Virus record (IMG/VR): IMGVR_UViG_3300046796_000369
Origin: a virus
Direction: 5' to 3' (one strand)
Length of the DNA: 64,000 nucleotides
Positions within the stretch are counted from its first letter, which is position 1; each line of letters begins with the position of its first letter. The position numbers and the translations under genes were made by a program. Below are positions 26,270 to 36,161 of the stretch, piece after piece. A model generated the notes under the pieces. The model did no database searches, was not told where the DNA came from, and saw only the letters and a list, made by a program, of their open reading frames with translations.

Positions 26270-28051
26270 CTATGCGATCCTGATACCCATGATCTGACTA
26301 TCTGAGTTTCCGTTGCCTGCGCCGAACGTCAGCGCCTGCAGGCGAACCACGGCAGCGCCGATGAAGGTCTTGGTGCCGTAGATCGTAACACCCGAATTGT
26401 TGCCAATGGCGACAGTCCAAACTGCATCCATGCCAAAGGCAGCATTCGCGGTCACGTCGAACAGGCGAGTCTGGTAGAACTGAACACCTCCCGCCGTCTG
26501 GTCAACGATCATGGTTCCCCAGAACGCCCACGTTTGCGTCTGGCTGGCGGCTCCGACAGCGATTTCGACCTGATCTGTGTAGGCCCCGGTCAATGCCGAA
26601 CCGAAGCCTTTTTTGGCGGTGGCGAAGCTCGACCCCGGCACGGCTCCCGCCGGGCCTTGTGGTCCTGCCGGTCCTTGGATGCCCTGCGGACCCTGCGCAC
26701 CGGTTGGTCCCGTAGGGCCGGGCACCGTGCTCGCGGCACCGGTCGCCCCCGTGGCTCCGACAGCGCCTGTGGCACCCGTGGCACCGGTCGCCCCGGTCGC
26801 GCCGACGTTCCCCGGTACACCCTGAAACCCTTGCGGTCCCTGCGGGCCGGTCGCGCCGGTCGACCCGGTTGGCCCGGCAGGACCGGGGACGCTGGTACCC
26901 GCGGGAACCCACTGAGTCGTGTTACCGTCAAAGTACGAAATGTAGAGCGCACCGCCGCCAACGACTCCCTCGGTGTAGTACCAAAGCTGACCCTGAATCG
27001 CAGGAGGAGGCGACGCACCGATGACTGTCGTGCCGGACGAACCCGTCGCCCCTGTCGGTCCTGTCGTTCCTTGGATACCCTGCGGACCGGTCGCCCCGGT
27101 TGCGCCGATGTTTCCCGGTATGCCCTGAAACCCTTGCGGTCCCTGCGGGCCGGTAGCGCCGGTAGGTCCGACAGGTCCTGTAGCGCCGGGCGGGCTTGTC
27201 GCGGCGGGAACCCACTGAGTCGTACTGCCATCGAAGTACGAGATGTAAAGCGCGCCGCCGCCAACGACTCCCTCGGTGTAGTACCAAAGCTGGCCATTGG
27301 CGGAAGCGGGAGGCAACGCTCCGACTGTGGTCGTGCCGACTGGCCCGGTCGCGCCGGTAGGCCCGGTCGCCCCGGTGATTCCCTGAATGCCTTGGATGCC
27401 TTGCGGCCCCGTCGCACCCGTTGGGCCTGTCGGGCCGGGCACCGTGCTCGCGGCACCAGTCGCTCCGGTCGCCCCTGTCGGGCCTATCTGCGCAACGGCA
27501 GCGGGCACCCACTGGATGGTATTGACGTCCTGATAGCCGATATAAAGCTGACCGCCGCCGGTCGTGGTGTCGGTGTAGTACCAAAGCTGACCATTGATCA
27601 AAGGCGGCGGCAACGCTCCCACCGATGTCGTGCCAACCGCGCCCGTTGCTCCTGTCGGTCCTGTCGTTCCTTGGATACCCTGCGGACCGGTCGCCCCGGT
27701 CGCTCCGGTTGGCCCTGCGGGTCCTGTCGCTCCGGTCGGGCCGGGCACCGTGCTCGGAGGACCGGGATCACCCTTCGCGCCAACCGCGGCCGGTACCCAT
27801 TGAGTCGTATCGATGTCGGTGTAGCTGATGTAAAGCTGACCGCCGCCAATCACGCTGTCGCTGTAGTACCAAAGCTGGCCGGGGGTAGGTGTCGGGGGAG
27901 GAGTCGGTCCCACCCACGTCGCACCCGAAGGTACTGGCGGAGTCACCGACACCACCATCCAGTACGTTCCCGTCCAGCGGTAGGTCACGCCGTTGCCCGC
28001 CGTGAACTCCTGATTAACTGCCGGTGAATTGGGGAAGTCGATGACTGCCAT
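26270..28051 (-). CDS. Collagen-like tail fibre with four GQLWY...QWVP modules
   Basis: G-X-Y runs (GPTGATG) alternate with four ~33-aa beta modules; N-terminal IDFPNSP anchor. Confidence 0.85.
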   Translation of the reverse strand: MAVIDFPNSPAVNQEFTAGNGVTYRWTGTYWMVVSVTPPVPSGATWVGPTPPPTPTPGQLWYYSDSVIGGGQLYISYTDIDTTQWVPAAVGAKGDPGPPSTVPGPTGATGPAGPTGATGATGPQGIQGTTGPTGATGAVGTTSVGALPPPLINGQLWYYTDTTTGGGQLYIGYQDVNTIQWVPAAVAQIGPTGATGATGAASTVPGPTGPTGATGPQGIQGIQGITGATGPTGATGPVGTTTVGALPPASANGQLWYYTEGVVGGGALYISYFDGSTTQWVPAATSPPGATGPVGPTGATGPQGPQGFQGIPGNIGATGATGPQGIQGTTGPTGATGSSGTTVIGASPPPAIQGQLWYYTEGVVGGGALYISYFDGNTTQWVPAGTSVPGPAGPTGSTGATGPQGPQGFQGVPGNVGATGATGATGATGAVGATGATGAASTVPGPTGPTGAQGPQGIQGPAGPQGPAGAVPGSSFATAKKGFGSALTGAYTDQVEIAVGAASQTQTWAFWGTMIVDQTAGGVQFYQTRLFDVTANAAFGMDAVWTVAIGNNSGVTIYGTKTFIGAAVVRLQALTFGAGNGNSDSQIMGIRIA

Positions 28052-28053
28052 GG

Positions 28054-29460
28054 CTATGCCCCCGCGACCCACGCTGTTCCGTTCCACACTTTAGCGGGCT
28101 TTGTAACCCACGCACTTCCCGTCCAAACCTTGGCGGGTTTGCTCGTCCATATGCTGCCGTTCCACACCTTCACCTTGCCCGGAGGCGGCAGTGCGATTCC
28201 CGTGGCGGCCAGCGTCAGCGCGCCCAGCGTCACGTTGAATGTGCCCTTGACCGCAACCTTGCCGGTGGCGGCCAGCGTCAACGCACCGAGCGTCGTATTG
28301 AGCGTGCCGCTCGATATGACAGCGGCACCACTGCCGAAAGCGACCAGCGTCAGCGGATCGAGCGTGACGTTCAGCGTGCCTTTGACCGCGACCTTGCCGG
28401 TCGCCGCCAACGTCAGCGGATCGAGCGTGACGTTGAAGGTGCCCTTGGCCGGGGCCTTGCCGGTCGCTGCCAGTGTCAGCGCATCGAGCGTCACGTTGAG
28501 CGTGCCGCTGGAAAGAGCCTTGCTGGTCGCCACCAGAGTCAGCGCACCGAGCGTGACGTTCAGCGTGCCCTTGCTTGGAACGACTCCGGTCGCCGCCAGT
28601 GTCAGCGCGTCCAGCGTGACGTTGAGCGTGGCACCGATGGTAGGCAACGATGCATTGAATGCGCCGGGATAGAAAGCGGCACCGTTGAACGCGAAGCCCA
28701 CGTTTGGATTCGCGACCGTGCCTGTGGCAACCAGTGTCAGCGCACCGAGCGTGACGTTTAAGGTGCCCTGAGAACGCGGCGCGGTACCCGTTGCCGTCAT
28801 CGTCAGCGCGCCCAGCGTGACGTTGAGCGTGCCGAGCGAAACCGTGGCAAGTCCGGTAGCCGCCAGTGTCAGGGCACCGAGCGTGACGTTGAGCGTGCCC
28901 TCGACGTATTCGCTGAACGTCACTGTCTCGGTCAGCGTGACGTTGCTATCCGCCGAGTTCGCGGTGCTGTTGTTGTACTGCATCGTACAGGTGCGAGCGG
29001 AACCCATGGTGCCGCCAGCAGCCGTGATGTGCATCTTGATGACGAGTCGTTCACCGATGGCGAACGCTGTCGAGGTTGGCGTGAACGACCAAGTGTAGGC
29101 GGCGTTGCTGGTCGTGAACTCGGTGCCCTGATCCCACGGCGAACCGGTGATTTCAGTCTCGACGCCTGCGGTCGAGCGCCTGTAGAGGCGCAGGCGTGCC
29201 CCTGAGTTGGCTTGGATGGCGCTTTCGAGCGCCCACAGCTTGACGTTGACCGTTCCCGCCAGCGTCCACGCAGTCGTTGACTTACCGGTGACCCATTGGA
29301 TTAGCGCGCCACCAGCAGTCGCGGTCCACTGGATGTTGGTCCCGCCCGATGCCGTATTGACGATGCCGGTGGCGGTGGCCGCGCCGACAGCGGTGGCGAC
29401 ATCGAAGCTGCTGGCGATGCCGTTGAGCGTGGTATTGCGCAGATAGAGGATGGTGGCCAC
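28054..29460 (-). CDS. Virion protein with ~11 GTLNVTLxALTLxATG repeats and a triple KVWxGxxW C-terminus
   Basis: Repeats are visible in both protein and DNA (about 28200-28910); GTG start at 29460. Confidence 0.7.
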   Translation of the reverse strand: MATILYLRNTTLNGIASSFDVATAVGAATATGIVNTASGGTNIQWTATAGGALIQWVTGKSTTAWTLAGTVNVKLWALESAIQANSGARLRLYRRSTAGVETEITGSPWDQGTEFTTSNAAYTWSFTPTSTAFAIGERLVIKMHITAAGGTMGSARTCTMQYNNSTANSADSNVTLTETVTFSEYVEGTLNVTLGALTLAATGLATVSLGTLNVTLGALTMTATGTAPRSQGTLNVTLGALTLVATGTVANPNVGFAFNGAAFYPGAFNASLPTIGATLNVTLDALTLAATGVVPSKGTLNVTLGALTLVATSKALSSGTLNVTLDALTLAATGKAPAKGTFNVTLDPLTLAATGKVAVKGTLNVTLDPLTLVAFGSGAAVISSGTLNTTLGALTLAATGKVAVKGTFNVTLGALTLAATGIALPPPGKVKVWNGSIWTSKPAKVWTGSAWVTKPAKVWNGTAWVAGA

Positions 29461-29480
29461 GACTCATCCCCCTCGCTGGC

Positions 29481-29693
29481 TCAGTGCGCGATTTCTTCGC
29501 CCTTGTCGGCACCGTTGGCAGGAGGCCGCGCCGCCGCCTGTTGAACGGCTTCGATGGAGGCTGATGTCTGCTGGCGGATGATGGAAATGAGGTCCGCCAC
29601 TTCATTGAACGGACATGCACCCAGCTTGGAGAGCATGAGGTTCACCTGATCGAAGCGCAGGGTCATCTTTATGACGATGTCTTTAGGGTCCAT
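29481..29693 (-). CDS. Hypothetical protein
   Basis: 70 aa; LxxLGxxPFxEVAxLI pattern typical of small genes in tail-fibre clusters. Confidence 0.6.
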   Translation of the reverse strand: MDPKDIVIKMTLRFDQVNLMLSKLGACPFNEVADLISIIRQQTSASIEAVQQAAARPPANGADKGEEIAH

Positions 29694-29696
29694 GGT

Positions 29697-29957
29697 TTAT
29701 TCCTTGTTAAATGGACTATGCTCTTCGTGCAGCAGGTCGTGCTTGGCGGTTTCGAGGAACCCCACCGTCTCGATGCGATTGATGTCACCGGACTGGTAGA
29801 CCGCGAACGACCGGTCAGGGCGCACCGCGACGCACACCATGCCGGAGATGCCCTCGTTCTCGATGTCGGCGACGAGTTGGCGTGCCACGTCCAGCAGACG
29901 TTCCTTGAACTCCTGCTGGACGGTCGGCTTGCCGACGACTTTAAGATCAGCGGTCAT
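29697..29957 (-). CDS. Hypothetical protein
   Basis: MTADLKVVGKP..., ATG 29957 inside the tracked ORF. Confidence 0.6.
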   Translation of the reverse strand: MTADLKVVGKPTVQQEFKERLLDVARQLVADIENEGISGMVCVAVRPDRSFAVYQSGDINRIETVGFLETAKHDLLHEEHSPFNKE

Positions 29958-29959
29958 CT

Positions 29960-30202
29960 TTAAGCTTTCTTTGTACCGGCTACGGGTGTGACGAACGCCT
30001 TGAACGCCGTGCTGCAAGCGGGGCAGAGGAACATCGTCGTGCCGCCCATGCCCGGTGGCGGCATCCCCGTCGGCGGTGCCTCGGCGGGCGTCTCCTGCGC
30101 GGTGAGCCGCGTCCACCCGACGGGGGGCGTGCTGGATACTTGCGGCGGCGTGGTCACGGCATCGCGGTCGCACACGAAGGTGTAGTTGGTTTCCATGGTC
30201 AT
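29960..30202 (-). CDS. Small zinc-binding hypothetical protein
   Basis: CDRD and CPAC. Confidence 0.55.
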   Translation of the reverse strand: MTMETNYTFVCDRDAVTTPPQVSSTPPVGWTRLTAQETPAEAPPTGMPPPGMGGTTMFLCPACSTAFKAFVTPVAGTKKA

Positions 30203-30217
30203 TTCGATTTCCCTTTC

Positions 30218-33040
30218 CTAACCCAGACGCACTGCGCCGATCATGCTGTCGCCGTTGAGGGAACCGACTGACGTGGCATCGGTCGTGCCTCTGACGGTGA
30301 ACGTGGTGGCAGCGGTCAACGTCACGATGGCGAACATGCTCGTCCAGACCACCGTGTTCGCCGTAAAGACGCCGACCGTTTGAGTATCGACCGCCGCCGC
30401 GCCGTTCCAGATTTGCGCCGTATGATAATGCTGGGCAGCCACGGTCTGATCAATGCCGACACGCGCGAACACCAGCCACACCTGACCGGCCGCACCAATC
30501 GAGCCGGTGGTCGCGCTGGAGACATAGGTGCCGATGCTAGTGAAGGCCACGCTGGAGCCGAACTTGGCGGGCGTTTTGCTGGTCGCCGTCGCGCCTGCGG
30601 TCTTGACGAAAGCCGTCGTCGCCACCGTGGTGTTTTCAGTTGCGGCGGCTGGTGTCGGCATCGTTATCGGCACGGTGGAAGTGACGCCGCCAGTGGCGAT
30701 GCTGAACCGGACCACATTGACGGTAGCGAAGTCGATCTCGGCGGCCGTGCCGCCCATCAAAGTTGCGTAGGCTGCCGTGCCTGCCCACGTTGAACCAGCA
30801 GTCGAACCCTCGATGCCGAATGCCGCAGTGTTTCCAGTGTTGGAAAAAAGATTGTAGGCACCGTTAGTCCCCAAGCCTGTGGCGCTGACGATAGCTCCGC
30901 TGCCTTTTGTCGAAGTGATCGTGCCGCTGAACGTGCCGAGCACGCTGTAGACGTTGGACCACTGAAGCCCACTGCGTCCCAAGCCTTTGGTATTGTCACC
31001 GCCCGGCGTGAAATCGACGGATGTCGCAACGGCGCAAGTTCCAGCGGCGGGGCCACTCGTGTTCAAGTACACGCTACCGCCGCCCTTGCCGTAGAGCACG
31101 AAGTTGATCTGGGTATCGGTACCAACCACGCCGAGGTTGGGATACACGCTACCCGCTGCCGTCTGACTGAAATAAAAGCCGTTGCCGCTGATGCCGCCGA
31201 TCTGAAGGTCTTTGTAGAACGTGCCGAGCGTGTCGGTCAGTTGGAACAGGTACGCGCCAAGATCGCTGCGCAGGATGGTGAAGGTTCCACCTATATTCGC
31301 CAGATGCTTGGCAACGCCTGATGTTGTGTCGCCAAGGCTGATGATGGGGTTGACAGCCGACAGCGACATGTTGCCGTTGATCGTTGCGGTGGTGAACGTC
31401 GCCGCTCCAGCCTGAAGGGGGCCATCGACAAGACCCGTCTCGGCGGTGTTCCATGTAAAAAATCTGTGGCCGTAGCCGTGGCCGTAGTTGTTGACGTAAT
31501 CGACCGTCGCGGTGCCGCCAAGGTAGTTCCAGCCGATGGACCCGCCTGAGCCGTGCGGCGGCAGACTTCCTGAACTGTTGAACGCGACGTTGAGCCAGAG
31601 GTTCTGCGTGTGCATGGCCCCGTTGTTGAAGCTCATCGGGGTCGAAAATGATGCCTGAGACGCCGTGATACTAAGCAGCGTCGTGCCCGCAGCAGTGCGA
31701 AAGTTGTGGCTGTCGTAGTCGGTGTAGCGCGTCGGCAGGCCAGACTGGTATTCATGGATGAATTGGTTGACGTAGACCGCATCGATGTTCGCCCATCGGC
31801 CACCCGAGTTGATCTGGATCGACGAGTAGGCGTTCGATCCCGTATTCGTATTAGTGAAGTACGCCGTTGTTCCTGCGTTGACGTTGGTGACGATGTTGAT
31901 TGGCCTAGAAAGAACGACCTGCTTGTTGAGGCCATCCAGCTTCATATACTCAGGCGTCGCGCCTCCCTCGTTGATGAGGAAGTTCATCATCGACGCGCCG
32001 CCACCGACAGCATTCGCGCCTTGAAGGGAAACGCCAATGTCACCAAACTCGGCGTAGTTGCTGTCGCTGCCGAAGCCTTCATAGCGAAGGCTGCCGATGT
32101 AGGAATTGGCCGGGACCGCGTTGGTCGTGTAGCCGCCACGCCAAATCGAGAGGAACGCAGGCGAGTAGGCGGGATCGTTGTACGAAGCGGCGCGTACGTT
32201 CGCCCTTATGCTTGCTGTGTTAGAGACGCTGGCACCGATAGTGCCGCCGACAGTGCCGGTGCCGTAAGACCACAAGTTCCCGCTGTTGATGGTGACATCG
32301 CCCGCGTTCAGGTAGAGGCCGCCGCCGTAGATTTGCACTTGGCCGTCGCTGCGCCTGATGGTCAACGCGCTCGCCGTCGTTCCATCGTCCTTCCAGCGTG
32401 TGAAGAAAAAGTCGGACCCGGCCGAGGCCCCGCTTTCGGTGTTGCCATCGACGCCCCAATCCCAGCGTGTCGGATTGGCTCCAGAAACTCGCGAGACGCG
32501 GGTATAGGCGAACTGTCCGAATGGTGTGGTGTTCCAGATTTGTGGATTGCCCGTGCCTCCGGTCAGACTGAGGGTTCCGGGCACACTGAACCCACCCGCG
32601 CGACTGAAAGCAAAAAGCGCCTGCTCGACGGTGAAAGCATCGTTGAGGGCGCGAAGATAGAGCGTGCCGTTTGTACGTTCCTGAAAATCCCAAAGTTTTT
32701 GATCGACGCTGTTGCTGGTGGCGTTCCAACTGAACGATGGAGCGGATGCCGCCTGTGCGTTGATGCTCGGTCCGTACAACGGCCCCGTGAGCGTGCCGCC
32801 CGCCAGCGGCAGGAAGGTGCCGGTCGCCACCGCGAGCTTGCCCGCCAGAAACGCCAGCGATGCGTCGAGCAGGATTTCAGCCGTGTTCGCCTGACCAGCC
32901 GTCGCATCGGCGCGGCCCAGCAACGATGACGGTCCCTGCTGGATCGTATGCGCGGCATTCCAGTCCGGGCCTTGAAGCTGATTCGGATCAAGGTTGTCGC
33001 CAACCGTGCTGACGCGCAGATGGCGAAGATTGACCGTCAT
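30218..33040 (-). CDS. Long mosaic tail fibre (940 aa)
   Basis: FLPLAGGTLTG neck, G/S/T/N-rich beta repeats, STxxATTAFV motif, lower GC. Confidence 0.8.
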   Translation of the reverse strand: MTVNLRHLRVSTVGDNLDPNQLQGPDWNAAHTIQQGPSSLLGRADATAGQANTAEILLDASLAFLAGKLAVATGTFLPLAGGTLTGPLYGPSINAQAASAPSFSWNATSNSVDQKLWDFQERTNGTLYLRALNDAFTVEQALFAFSRAGGFSVPGTLSLTGGTGNPQIWNTTPFGQFAYTRVSRVSGANPTRWDWGVDGNTESGASAGSDFFFTRWKDDGTTASALTIRRSDGQVQIYGGGLYLNAGDVTINSGNLWSYGTGTVGGTIGASVSNTASIRANVRAASYNDPAYSPAFLSIWRGGYTTNAVPANSYIGSLRYEGFGSDSNYAEFGDIGVSLQGANAVGGGASMMNFLINEGGATPEYMKLDGLNKQVVLSRPINIVTNVNAGTTAYFTNTNTGSNAYSSIQINSGGRWANIDAVYVNQFIHEYQSGLPTRYTDYDSHNFRTAAGTTLLSITASQASFSTPMSFNNGAMHTQNLWLNVAFNSSGSLPPHGSGGSIGWNYLGGTATVDYVNNYGHGYGHRFFTWNTAETGLVDGPLQAGAATFTTATINGNMSLSAVNPIISLGDTTSGVAKHLANIGGTFTILRSDLGAYLFQLTDTLGTFYKDLQIGGISGNGFYFSQTAAGSVYPNLGVVGTDTQINFVLYGKGGGSVYLNTSGPAAGTCAVATSVDFTPGGDNTKGLGRSGLQWSNVYSVLGTFSGTITSTKGSGAIVSATGLGTNGAYNLFSNTGNTAAFGIEGSTAGSTWAGTAAYATLMGGTAAEIDFATVNVVRFSIATGGVTSTVPITMPTPAAATENTTVATTAFVKTAGATATSKTPAKFGSSVAFTSIGTYVSSATTGSIGAAGQVWLVFARVGIDQTVAAQHYHTAQIWNGAAAVDTQTVGVFTANTVVWTSMFAIVTLTAATTFTVRGTTDATSVGSLNGDSMIGAVRLG

Positions 33041-33054
33041 CGGTCTGTCCTACT

Positions 33055-33459
33055 CTAAGCGTTGGCGTCCGTGAGCGTGAACGCCGTGACACTCACCGTC
33101 TGGCCAAGAACCAAGGTGGTGTTATCAAGCTGCAAGTCGCCTGATCCCTGTCCCACGGTGCCTTGCATCTCGCATACCGTACCTGCGGTATTGTGGATGC
33201 GGAAATGTGCGGCCACGCCACCAGCATCGGCCGACACGTCCTGCCATGGCCCGCCCAAGATCGACTTCGCGCCCGCCGCCGCCGCCGCCAACCAGTCGGA
33301 AGGAAGGTTGATCGTGGCGAGCACGGTGCCGCTGTTCGCCGCTCCGCAGTTCGCAGGCTGCGCGCCGGTCCTGATCGTCAGAAGGGGCGCGGTGCCGAGC
33401 GTGGTTTCGATTGCATCGAGCCGCGCGTTGCGCGTCAGCACTCCAAGTTGAACGGCCAT
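33055..33459 (-). CDS. Conserved virion structural protein
   Basis: RNARLDAIE..L.IRTG..P...GTVLA...HFRI...QGTVG..GDL.LDNT. Confidence 0.7.
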   Translation of the reverse strand: MAVQLGVLTRNARLDAIETTLGTAPLLTIRTGAQPANCGAANSGTVLATINLPSDWLAAAAAGAKSILGGPWQDVSADAGGVAAHFRIHNTAGTVCEMQGTVGQGSGDLQLDNTTLVLGQTVSVTAFTLTDANA

Positions 33460-33468
33460 GGCATTCTC

Positions 33469-35211
33469 CTAATTGGTATCAACCCATATATCATTGACGG
33501 CTGGTGAAGATGGAGCCGTCGTTCCCACGGTGACTTGCGGCGTGCGTGCGTGGACGAAAGCCGTCGAGGCCAGCAATGCGCTGTTGGTGGCAGGGACCTC
33601 GGTCACGCCGGTAATCGAGCCGGGGAAGTAGCTGCTGCCGTCGCGTCCGAAGTACCACGATTTGACGCTGGTATAATCGTCAAGCGCGGCAGTCAGGTGA
33701 AAAGTGCCGACGCTATCCTGCGACATGTACCAAAGGCGCGTGTTCGCAGCGAGGTCGCTGCGATTGATGTCGATCCCACCCCAATCGCTGGACGTTGCAT
33801 TTATTTCCAGCCATCCATTGGCGGACATCCAAGTGCCCGCGCTGGGATCGCCAATCGTAAGATCGCCCGTGAGCGTGCCGCCCGTGAGCGGCAGGAACGC
33901 ACCGCTTCCACCGGCCCCGGCACCAGAAGGCGATGCCGGAACCCACTGTGCCGAGTTGCCGTCGTTGAACCAGATGTACAGCGCGCCGCCGCCACTGGTC
34001 GTGGCGTTGGGGTTGTACCAGAACTGTCCGTTGGTCGGAGAGACTGGCGGGGTCGGAGTCGTTTCGGTGGCGGAGCCTCCACCTCCACCTGTCCCCGGCG
34101 GTCCCACCGGCCCCGGCACCGACACGGCGGCGGGTACCCACTGGCTCGTATCGGGATCGCTGTACCAGATGTACAGCATGCCGCCGCCAGCGGAGTCGTT
34201 GTTGAACCACCAAAGCTGGCCGGGGGTTGGCGAGACGGGAGCCGTGAGGCTGATCGTGGTCGCCGCGACTCCGGTTGCGCCGGTCGCACCCGCCGGTCCG
34301 GTCGCACCCGTTGACCCAGTCGCGCCGGTTGGCCCCGGCTCGCCGCGTGCGCCTATGGCGGCAGGCACCCACTGAGTCGTGTCGGCATCGGTGTAGCGGA
34401 TGTAAAGCTGACCGCCATAGGTCGACGTGGCCTCGTTGTAATACCAAAGCTGGCCGTTGATGGGCGACGGCGGCTCGGTGAGACCGATGTAGGTCGTGCC
34501 GGGTGCGCCTGTCGGACCCGCGGGTCCTACCGAACCCGGCGGACCGGGAACCGTGCTCGCCGCGCCTTGCGGGCCGCCGGGTCCTTGTGGCCCCGTGGCT
34601 CCTGCCGGTCCGGTGGGGCCGGGCACCGTGCTGGCAGGACCTGTCGCTCCGATAGGCCCTGCAGCCCCTGCGGGGCCCGCAGGACCTGACGGACCTGTCG
34701 GGCCGGGTGGACCTACCGCACCGCCGCCTCCTGCCACCCACACGCCATTCTGGCGGCCATAGACGGTACCGTCGAAGGGTGCCTCCTCGACGAACCACTT
34801 CTGAACCCATTCAGTGGTGGCGAGTATTTTCGAGTTCTCGCCTGCCGACAGGAGATTACCGTTGGCCAGCACGTTGACCGGTATCGTCAGATTTCCGGGC
34901 CAGTCGAACTGGGCGAGATGCACTCTCGACGACTCAGTTCCGTCGGTGCCTACGAACGACAGATTGCCGGGGCCGGTCGAATAGATGCCCGGTGTCTTAT
35001 CGCCTTCGAGCGTCCACTGGATCGACGGATTCCAGAAGTCTCCCTTCTCGACGTGAATGACGCCCTGAAAGAACGGATCGATGAAGATCGGCCCGGTATT
35101 GAACACCAGCGCGCCGTAGCCAGTCGTCGGGTACGGAGCCCCGCGCTGGTCGACAAGCTGCATCGGTGTCCCACCGGCAGTGACGATGGTGATGGTTTGA
35201 ATCGGGATCAT
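33469..35211 (-). CDS. Collagen-like tail fibre with three GQxW...QWVP modules
   Basis: [18 protein letters not shown] runs, [12 protein letters not shown]-terminal [17 protein letters not shown]. Confidence 0.82.
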   Translation of the reverse strand: MIPIQTITIVTAGGTPMQLVDQRGAPYPTTGYGALVFNTGPIFIDPFFQGVIHVEKGDFWNPSIQWTLEGDKTPGIYSTGPGNLSFVGTDGTESSRVHLAQFDWPGNLTIPVNVLANGNLLSAGENSKILATTEWVQKWFVEEAPFDGTVYGRQNGVWVAGGGGAVGPPGPTGPSGPAGPAGAAGPIGATGPASTVPGPTGPAGATGPQGPGGPQGAASTVPGPPGSVGPAGPTGAPGTTYIGLTEPPSPINGQLWYYNEATSTYGGQLYIRYTDADTTQWVPAAIGARGEPGPTGATGSTGATGPAGATGATGVAATTISLTAPVSPTPGQLWWFNNDSAGGGMLYIWYSDPDTSQWVPAAVSVPGPVGPPGTGGGGGSATETTPTPPVSPTNGQFWYNPNATTSGGGALYIWFNDGNSAQWVPASPSGAGAGGSGAFLPLTGGTLTGDLTIGDPSAGTWMSANGWLEINATSSDWGGIDINRSDLAANTRLWYMSQDSVGTFHLTAALDDYTSVKSWYFGRDGSSYFPGSITGVTEVPATNSALLASTAFVHARTPQVTVGTTAPSSPAVNDIWVDTN

Positions 35212-36158
35212 CGATAATTACGCGCCGTCGCCAGCAGGTCGTAGATGGGACCGCCGCGTGCCCGTGTGTCCGGCTCGCTCGCATCGGGGGTGACAGCTTT
35301 TGGCGGCACGATGGCAGGCAGGCTCTTGATGATGCCGCGCAGCTTTTCGATGTACTTGCTGTCGGTCGCATAGCCGCTCTTGCCGAGCGCCTCCAACTGG
35401 GCATCCAGCCCTTTTGCGTTCAGGTAGTCCTTGTAACGCGATTGGGTCTTGAGGAACGTGACGTAATCTCGCGCGCTTTCGGCCGGGTCCTTGTAAGTGC
35501 GAAACGACTCGCGCCTCGGCACCATCTTGCCGTCGACCTCCTCGAACGTGTCGCGCTCCTGCCCACCGGGTTGGCCGTGGCTCTTGACGTTGAAGTAGTT
35601 GTTGCCGACGACTCCCTTGCCGTAGCCGGTCTCCAGCGCCATCTGCGCCAGCACCAGACGCGGATCGAGACCGGTGAGTCGTGAGACCTCCAGCACATGC
35701 GGCGTCATCTGGCTGACGAACTCGGCGACATTGGCGGGCGGATTCGCCGCCACCTGAACGTCGGGCGTCGCAGGCGCAGCAGGTACCGCAGGCACAGGCG
35801 CGGCAGCCGCCTGCTGTTCGAGCAGCTTTTTGGCCTTCTCCACCGCGTCGTCCTGCGGGGGAACCGCCAGACCTTTCTTCGTCCCGTAAATATCTTCCGG
35901 CTCGACGCGCGGCGGGTCAGGCATCTTTGGAATCGGACCCAGAGAAACCGGCTGGGTTTCGCGCGACGCCGCGACCGGCTTGCCGATGATCCCCGGCAAC
36001 GGACTGACGCCGTAGTTGGGCTGCGATGCCGAGGTCCGCATGTCGTCGATGACCTTCGTCAGTTTGCTGCGAAAGTCAGTCAGGCCCTCGGGCACCGGCA
36101 ATTGAGGCGCGCCGCTGTTCGCCAGATACTGGCGGATCATGTCGGTTGGGTCGGCCAC
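35208..36158 (-). CDS. Virion-associated GH73 (FlgJ-type) peptidoglycan hydrolase
   Basis: [29 protein letters not shown]; located in the ejection-protein cluster. Confidence 0.88.
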   Translation of the reverse strand: MADPTDMIRQYLANSGAPQLPVPEGLTDFRSKLTKVIDDMRTSASQPNYGVSPLPGIIGKPVAASRETQPVSLGPIPKMPDPPRVEPEDIYGTKKGLAVPPQDDAVEKAKKLLEQQAAAAPVPAVPAAPATPDVQVAANPPANVAEFVSQMTPHVLEVSRLTGLDPRLVLAQMALETGYGKGVVGNNYFNVKSHGQPGGQERDTFEEVDGKMVPRRESFRTYKDPAESARDYVTFLKTQSRYKDYLNAKGLDAQLEALGKSGYATDSKYIEKLRGIIKSLPAIVPPKAVTPDASEPDTRARGGPIYDLLATARNYR

Positions 36159-36161
36159 GGC

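Noticed and set aside
26890-27300. Near-identical module pair in the collagen fibre as a possible DGR template/variable repeat
   Set aside because: The differences are mostly synonymous C/T changes rather than adenine-specific, both copies are in the same reading frame, and there is no reverse transcriptase.
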